A stretch of DNA of 59,379 nucleotides, filler included, from Platydemus manokwari (lineage: Eukaryota): assembly GCA_037951405.1 (NCBI GenBank). It is 5 parts of 5 records of this genome, joined end to end, with 100 filler letters (N's around TTAATTAATTAA, not from the genome) between each part and the next. Parts side by side here need not be neighbours in the genome. Positions count along the whole stretch, not along the records: positions 45,655 to 59,379 come from JBBMOY011633626.1; 4 more parts are not named here. One strand, 5' to 3'. Numbering within the stretch: position 1 is the stretch's first letter; every line of letters begins with the position of its first letter. This document shows positions 51,700 through 59,379 of this stretch, piece by piece. The notes beneath the pieces were generated by a model. It worked only from the letters and a program-made list of their open reading frames with translations, searched no databases and was not told the origin of the DNA. The position numbers and the translations under genes are program-made.

Positions 51700-54099
51700 C
51701 AAATTAGTTTGCCATACATCTCAGAATATCTGTACATTTCTTATAATTCACTATTATTTATTGGGATTCTAATAAATGCCATAGTAATTAAATATGATAT
51801 TTGGAACTGCTAATATTTTTTGAATTGTTATAATATTGTTTTGAAGTATTTTTATATATGAAATATATATTGTTTTCTATGCTATAAATATATCAATATA
51901 ATGATAAATATTATGTTAATAATAATTATTATAATGATAACAATAAAACTAATATTATTAACGAAATATCTTTTAAGAAAATATTATAAATTTATAAATA
52001 AAAGATTGTTGTCCATGTAATGGAAACAAACAATTACATATTGAAAAGTATGTTTAGGAAATATGATAAGATAAATGAGCCAGTACATTTTCGAAAATAT
52101 AAGTAATAATAATAATTTTAATAATTATTATTATTTTTATTGTTATGATAATTATTTTTCTAAAGTTTAACAATATCATTGAATAGTGTAAGTGATGCTG
52201 ACGTGGATAGATATCATTTCTTTCCGTCCTTTTCCTTTGGATATTTGAACACAGGTGAATTTGGAAAAAATTCTGGGACATTTTATTCAATACATTTTGT
52301 CAAATTACACTACAGGAAGTTGTTTTGGAGTGGCGAGTTATTTTTAACATGATTGTTTCACAATAACTAACTAATTCCCATTATTTAATTTCCAAAAATT
52401 ATTTAGAGAAATTTCTAAAGCAATAAAAATATGAATTTTAATTTCTTGTCAGTACTATGAAGTTTGAATCACAAAAGTCGAACAGCAGAAGAAATTAAAA
52501 TTTAACGATAAGATTCTATATATATAAATTTGTAAATAATCTGCGTTCTGATTAAATTTTTATCTACGCAGTTACAAATGATAATTATCAAATCATGTTG
52601 TAAACCATACTTACCACTGAGACTAAATTGATCCGTAATAAATTCCATGATTCCATAAATTAACTTCCTGTCTATTTATCGATACAAAACTATTAATTAT
52701 TTGCTGACAATTTGTTTATCAGACAATATTATTACCACTAATCTGTATGGTTATTGTAGAAAATAATTGGAAATATCAGAGATTTTAATTGACATCAAGA
52801 GAAATTATTTGATTTATTATTATGGAGGAGTTGATAACAGATTTTGCCGTAATAAATGGATAAATCAAATGGAATATCATTGTGTGTTAAATATAAAAAA
52901 TTGTGAAAAATTTTTAAAAATTAAAATTCTTCCCAATTAAATGTCCAACAATCGTTGTTATTATGCTTATTAGTATGCTCAACAGTACATAAATTCTTAC
53001 CTATATATATTAAAATTTTGTACCTTAATTAACAAATAATGAATGATCTCTAAATTATTACTATCTTATTTATTTTGATACTATATTTAAAGGGCAGAAG
53101 GCGTAATTCCTCTTCCATATCTTATTTTCACCTTTTTACCTCATCCCAATTTACTGATGTACAGTGATTTATTTCATGTGTCTATTCAAAATGTCAACTT
53201 GTCAATAAGAATTGCAAGACCACACCAATCGCTTGACATTATCGTATTTGCAAAATGTGAAAATCGTGCCAATTGGTTTTAGTGAAATTATTCAACCTAG
53301 TAAACGATATCATTATAATACCAATATTCCTACTGATATTTTGAATTTGAATTTCATACCATGTGGATAATATTTCTTTATTAAATTAAAAATCAAGTTA
53401 AATATGTAAAACAAATCGAAAACGAATAATTTGAGACAAGATACAAGTCGAAATTAAGTTTAATGACTAAGCAGTATGCGAAAATTAATTGCACCCATCA
53501 CACTAAAAAGAAACCACAAAGAAAATGATATTCAACTGGACAGCTAGAACAATAAACGACCATGACTCCATCGATAATCACGACACACGGGTCACGAAAC
53601 ACGATGTGGATATGTTTGCCAATCACATTGAGCAAGCTGACATAAAGAACATAAGACATGTAAGCCTGCTTGAACCAACCTATAAATGGGGAGATAAGAT
53701 AAGTTAGGTTGCTAAACTCGAATAGAGTAAACTATAAACCAAGATATTCCTTCTTATAGATTGTCTTTAGGATTCATAATATATTAGGCGTGATTAGAAA
53801 AGTTTTTGATAGATTAATACGATCAACACTATCTATTGTGTTTCATTGAGCAATAGATTTGTAAAATATTTCAGAAAAGAAAAGTTCCACAAAAACGTTA
53901 TACATGTTGAATAGTATGAATAATATTATGTGATCAAAAAAAGGTTCTTTGTCCTGCTAAGTACTTATTTTTCGCTAAGAAATTTCAAATAATCGATAAA
54001 AGTGGTAGTAATATTCAAACTTTTTTGGTAAATAAAATCTTGAAATTAATTCTAATTGAGCTTATTTTTTAAAATTATTAAACAAAGAATAAGATAAGT

Positions 54100-56265
54100 C
54101 GGAATACCTATCGATTAATTGCTGGAGACCCATAGAACTTTCGAACTCAAGATACAAAATATTTACAGGTATTTTTAGCTGATCGTCTACTAGAGTAGGT
54201 TAAACAAAGTTCTATTTTGAACCCTGGTCAAAAAGATGGGAGAGAATTTGAAGGATGCATTGAACACAATGCACTCATAAATTAAATCCTGGAGGATCAC
54301 AGGCGCACACAACAGCCAGTTGCGATCGCTTTCATCGATATTAGAAGTGCCTTCCCCAGTGTTCCTCACCAATTTATTCTGAGGATAATGGAAAAGTACG
54401 GTATTGGAGATGACTTCATAGCAATCATCAAAGATATTTATACAGGGGTGACCATTTCTTATAAAGAGATATCACTTGAAGTAGGGATAAAACAAGGTTG
54501 CCCACTTTCTATCCTCATTTTTGCGCTGATCATCAACCAAATTTTAATTGCGATCGAGTCAGCAGATGTAAGGCCTTTGGAATTATATAGTAAAAATGTC
54601 TAAGTACTTGCTTATGCTGATGACATTGCCATTGTGGCACGATCAGAAGATGACCTACAATATTTACTTAATTTATCCTCTGATTTGGTCACAAAATGCA
54701 GATCCGGAACAGATCCGGAAAATAGCACTTGGTGATTTTTATCAGTACCTGGATGAATATGAGAATGATCAAACTTCATATTCAATACTCCAGAAATTCC
54801 TGAGGGATGTGTAAAGTGTTGCAGGATAAAACCTGCTTGGCTATCAATAAAAAGTATGCGATAAAAAGTATTCTATTTCCGACTCTCATCTTTAGTTTTC
54901 GAACTAGAGAAATAACAGTGGGATCTCTAAGAAATGATCGTGGATCTAAAAGAGCTGTGGTTTCAGGCAATTTGACATCATGATACAGATAGAATGTCAG
55001 GAAGATACTCAGTCTTCCTGACTGGGCTAACACATGCTATCTCTATATGGATAAGTTACACGGGGAGTTGACCTTTGGGACCTACTAGATGGGTTAGGTG
55101 TTTCATACACCAAGCGAGGCTCAACGTCTTGCCACTGAATGCAACAGCATTTTAAAAGGACCCACTTAAAAGAAAGTGTTGTCGATGCTTTGTTGACGTA
55201 GAGACTCTAGCACATGTATTGCAATCATGGTTTCCATGTATGACACTCATTACACAAAGGCATGACGAATGTTTAAGGCTGGTCCACAAGCTTGTTAACT
55301 CACCTGATATTATGGTCAATGTTAATGAAACAGTACTATATTTTAAAGGATGCGACACTGTTTCGAAACTCAGGGTAGATCTCTATATTGAGAATTACTT
55401 AAATAAGCGGATCTTCCTTGTAAACATTAAATGTCCACTGGATACTGAGAGTGTAATGACACAAGCAGATGAGAGGAATCTGGCTAGTTATACCCCACTC
55501 TGCGAATTAATAAAACAACATAAGTCAAACTATATTGTTACTGTACACACTATAGTTTTTGGCTCATTAGGCTCGGTCCCACGATAAACATTGAATGTTT
55601 TAAAAGTTCTCGGTTTATCAGACTTAAATATCAAGATTCTTAGTAATATTCCGTCTGCTTTGAACGTAAGGCATCCCGCTCAGATCTTCCATCACAATCA
55701 AATGGGGTTGCTCATTAATGTAAAGGAAGGAACAAATCTACCAATTAGAGGAGATTCCCGATTTCAAGTTGGTTTTGGAGTAAAAGCCGTAAACCAAGAT
55801 CTGACGGTTTTAAAAGCTATTTGTTTGTAAACAGAAATCTTGGAAGTAATTAAATCAATTACTAGAAATATTAGGTTGTGAGAATGCAGGAAGGACTTTA
55901 TGCCTAAGTGGAACCCAGTCAGCCGACCATCCAAATTTGGAGATAAACATACTCTGAGAATGCTGATGACTACGCAATCTCCTTATTATTCGAATTCAAA
56001 AGTAATCAGAGATAAATACAATACTGGAACGTAGACCATGAATTAATGATGAGTCCAGGAACACCAAACTCAAAGTATAGTATATTTCAACTTCTTTGAA
56101 GCCGGTCGACCAGTCTACCCTTTACTTCTTCTTTTCCTTCAGTACCTTTCTGGCAACGGAGCTCATACCTGCTAATTTGACGAACTCATTCCAATTAAGA
56201 GTGCTGCCTTGGGTCAAGCAACCTACCTTCTCATGTCTGGTCGAATCTCCTGAATCAAAATAAAA
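54100..56265 (+). mobile_element. Decayed non-LTR retrotransposon of the RLE group (R2/NeSL/Utopia-like)
   Basis: WRPIELSN.YKI, EGCIEHN, FIDIRSAFPSVPH, GIKQGCPLS, YADD (54613-54624); C-terminal CRC..VETLAHVL knuckle, RHD, LRVDL, IVFGSLG endonuclease motifs; stops, frameshifts and internal deletion; AATAAA near 56259; 5' part may reach about 53500. Confidence 0.88.
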
Positions 56266-58224
56266 ATTATCATGTTATATTATAAACTTTTGAATTGATA
56301 CTGTATAAAAATATTGGTTTGAATTTTTCATATTTTGTGTATATTGATCTTAAAATTTTATCGACAATTACCTCAAAAAATTCTTATAATATTTCTCATA
56401 ACATATTCATTCACGTTTTATAAAATGGGTCATTAGGAATCAGTCTCGCTCTCAATTTTATTTTCGATTAATAACAATAAGGAAACCTTGTTTCATAAAA
56501 AAACGAGTACTTAAAAGACAAGAATTTGACAAGACTCAAAATAGTGCTTATATGCCATAGGAAAATATATATCAAACAACACTGATCTTTATTAGAAATG
56601 ATTAAGTAAGAGTGCTTAAAAATTGATTATTCTGATTTTGTATTAAAATTTCAATCAATACATAGCAAATTGATAAACATAAAGAATTTAAATTTTTAAT
56701 TTATTTTCAAGGAATGTTGCTTCTTAAAAAGGACAATGAAATATCCATGCAATCTAATTTTAATAAACATTTACTGAAGATATTTTTAAGTCAATCGAAG
56801 CTACTATCAATAATCAGTAGATAATTTTACTGAAGCTTGATGATTTACATTTATAAAGTTTCTTCAACGTCAATCCAAGAAGATATTGATCAAGTATAAA
56901 TAAATTATAGATGAAAAATTTATACCAATATTATTCGCTGTTATTTACCTATTTTTCATTTGTTGGAAATCATGAAGAACCATATTAGAAGTTATTTAAA
57001 AATTTATTTAAGCGATGACGACAATAATGGCATTGCCAATTACAATTACGATAATTTATTGATTTATATCAAGCGAAATAAAATAATTTAAAATTTGCAT
57101 ACATTATATTAGTATCGAATAAATTGAATCAATATTGATTATTTATTGACTAACGATTCGATCATTTGCAAAATACAACTGTGATTGCACATTTGATTGC
57201 ATTTGGTGTTTAGAGATATCATGTCGTTTTTCTGTGTTTAGTTCTATTTAATACTTGTCTCATTTTAGATAAATCATAATACATTAGTTACTTATTAAGC
57301 AATATCCTTTTGATATGTTTATTAATAGATTTATTTGTAAATTGTTTTTAGGCAGGACGAAATAACTAACAATAAGTTTGGAATCATTACTCTTTTCATG
57401 ACGTTCATGAACTTGAGAAAATATTTTTTGCAGAAAAACAACTTTTCTTTTTAGTTATTCTAAATTATGATTTTAAAATTTTAAACTAAATTTTGTAAAT
57501 TTTTATTTAATTATTCGTTAATGGTCAATTTCTTAATATTAAAATACAGTCAAATTTCACAAAGGTGTAATAAATAATGCCTAAATATAACGAATGAGTG
57601 CTTAAAATTGATGAAAATTCAAAACAAAATTTAAGGTTAAGCATATTTTCTGTAAAAAGTAAGTTGTGTAGATCGAAGAAAGTCAGCTGGTATTTATCGA
57701 ATATTTGTTAGTATCAATAGTTCGATTTTTTACCGCAGACATGAAACACTAAATACTCAGAAAAGATTTGGTATAAATTTTCGTAATTTTAAAGCAATAA
57801 ATCTTTAAATTAAAAATAAATATTATTAAAATGTATAATAAATATTATTAAATTATTATTTTAAATAATATGTTTGATTAATTTGGATTCCTTTTACAAG
57901 AACACGAATACTGCTACCTTAAGTTCATCAAAATAAATCTGTAAAAACCCCATCTCAAGGAAAACGAGAAAGTTTTGAGAATTATTGATTATTTTTGTTT
58001 GATTAAACTCCAAAGATTTATTATTATAACACCAAAAAATCTATTTTTTATTTTTGTTTATTTTCGCATAGATTTACCTTAAAAACTTATTATTATTATG
58101 AATTATATTCAATGTGATAAAGTAATAAAATAATTTAACTCCAATCCTTATTATATTGTAATCACGATTAATGAAAAAGTGAACACAAGATGTAATTGCA
58201 TCAAAATCAATTTTGTTTGTCAAT

Positions 58225-59184
58225 TCATAAACATTGATTGTACATCGAAATAATCGATTTAAAACTAAAACGTAAGAATTTACGAAACTTTGGAAATATA
58301 ATTAAATAAGCTATTGGATTGATAATTGTCAGGAATCCATATTCAAAGTCATGATAATAAAAATAATAACTTTCTAATGTTTTGTTTGAGACATCGCGAG
58401 AAATCTTCGAATGTAAAACTGAATCCATGAGAAGCACACCAGCATAAGTTGAATTGGAAACAAGATTAGCTAATGTAAATCGTGTTAATAATTTCTTTCG
58501 AGTAATATTAATGTTTTGGTTATAATTATTAGCTTTGTTTTTTGTGCTCAAATATATAAAATAGCCGGAGACGCAGTTTGAAATAACTATTAGAACCACA
58601 GGACTGATATTAAAGGTTAAAATATTCATTATTGTGAATAAGTGTGAATCGGTACGATGACATCTGAATAGATTCATGAAGTTTCCGGTTGAACTATTGA
58701 AATCTCTTGTTTTAATTTCAATGAAAAACCCATCTACGATTCTAAAGGAACATGAGATAAGATTTGCAGCGACTATGTAGAAATATACCTCAAATGATTT
58801 TCTCTTCTTGTAGTATATGGGCAGCACTATGCATATCGATCTATCCATTGTCAAGAAGACCATGAAATAAATACTCGTGTATATCAAAGTCCAATCAATG
58901 ATTTTACTATTCATTACATAACAGTAAAATTTAACATAAATCATGTTTTCAGAATGAAAGAATTTTTGTTCCTTAACTGGAGCAAAGCATAACGATATCA
59001 GTGCAATTATATCGAAAATTGTACTGATTTTCACCAAGATTGTTGCAGTTCTTGATGCAATTTGATGTTTTGAAACGAAAACAATCAAGACAATATTTGA
59101 CAAAAGAAAGATAATAATGATAATATATCGAACTATTACAAATCCAATCGAATCTCCCAGATTTGTATTGAGTAAAAAAATCAT
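58225..59184 (-). CDS. Intronless divergent rhodopsin-class 7TM GPCR, 319 aa, paralogue of the 50734 gene
   Basis: Colinear with the 50734 protein (NTNLGDS.GFVI.RY, IASRTATIL.KIST, DRSICIV.P, NPIAY). Confidence 0.85.
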   Translation of the reverse strand: MIFLLNTNLGDSIGFVIVRYIIIIIFLLSNIVLIVFVSKHQIASRTATILVKISTIFDIIALISLCFAPVKEQKFFHSENMIYVKFYCYVMNSKIIDWTLIYTSIYFMVFLTMDRSICIVLPIYYKKRKSFEVYFYIVAANLISCSFRIVDGFFIEIKTRDFNSSTGNFMNLFRCHRTDSHLFTIMNILTFNISPVVLIVISNCVSGYFIYLSTKNKANNYNQNINITRKKLLTRFTLANLVSNSTYAGVLLMDSVLHSKISRDVSNKTLESYYFYYHDFEYGFLTIINPIAYLIIFPKFRKFLRFSFKSIISMYNQCL

Positions 59185-59317
59185 AATTAAATGATGTGAA
59201 AATAGGTAAAATATGACTTATAAGGAAGAAACAAATTTATATTGGTTAAAATAAATAACCAATTATGTAGTCAAATATTGGACCTGGATTTTTTACTTTC
59301 ATAAGAATCCGTATAAG

Positions 59318-59374
<57 letters not shown>

Positions 59375-59379
59375 ATCTA
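59318..59379. repeat. (CTAT)n microsatellite at window end
   Basis: Seen directly. Confidence 0.95.

Noticed and set aside
55955-56010. CTGATGA in the retroelement 3' region as a hammerhead ribozyme
   Set aside because: No stem II closed by GAAA and no stems I/III found

Overview
Very AT-rich eukaryotic nuclear DNA from a compact animal genome with many 43-55 nt GT-AG introns. A reduced parasite lineage (dicyemid, orthonectid, myxozoan or flatworm) is a guess only. The window is five contigs joined by identical artificial 100-nt spacers (N44-TTAATTAATTAA-N44), so adjacency across gaps cannot be trusted. Genes I can support: last exon of a Mblk-1/E93/LCOR-type pipsqueak HTH factor; the 3' part of a kinesin-13 (KIF2-like) gene; an intronless AMP deaminase; a 7-exon LYAR-derived gene with a triplicated middle domain; a DEAH-box helicase homologue with degenerate catalytic motifs; last exon of an EGR zinc-finger gene; two convergent intronless rhodopsin-class GPCR paralogues plus a pseudogene fragment. 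Missed by the ORF track is a two-exon gene for a secreted prepropeptide (signal peptide, acidic propart, KK site, 6-Cys cationic mature peptide) that looks toxin- or defensin-like. The rest is decayed mariner/Tc1, Ty3/gypsy and RLE-type non-LTR elements, micro- and minisatellites, possible C-type-lectin relics and several possible fragments of a very divergent mitochondrial genome (NUMTs). All calls come from manual translation and remembered family motifs; no database searches were run.
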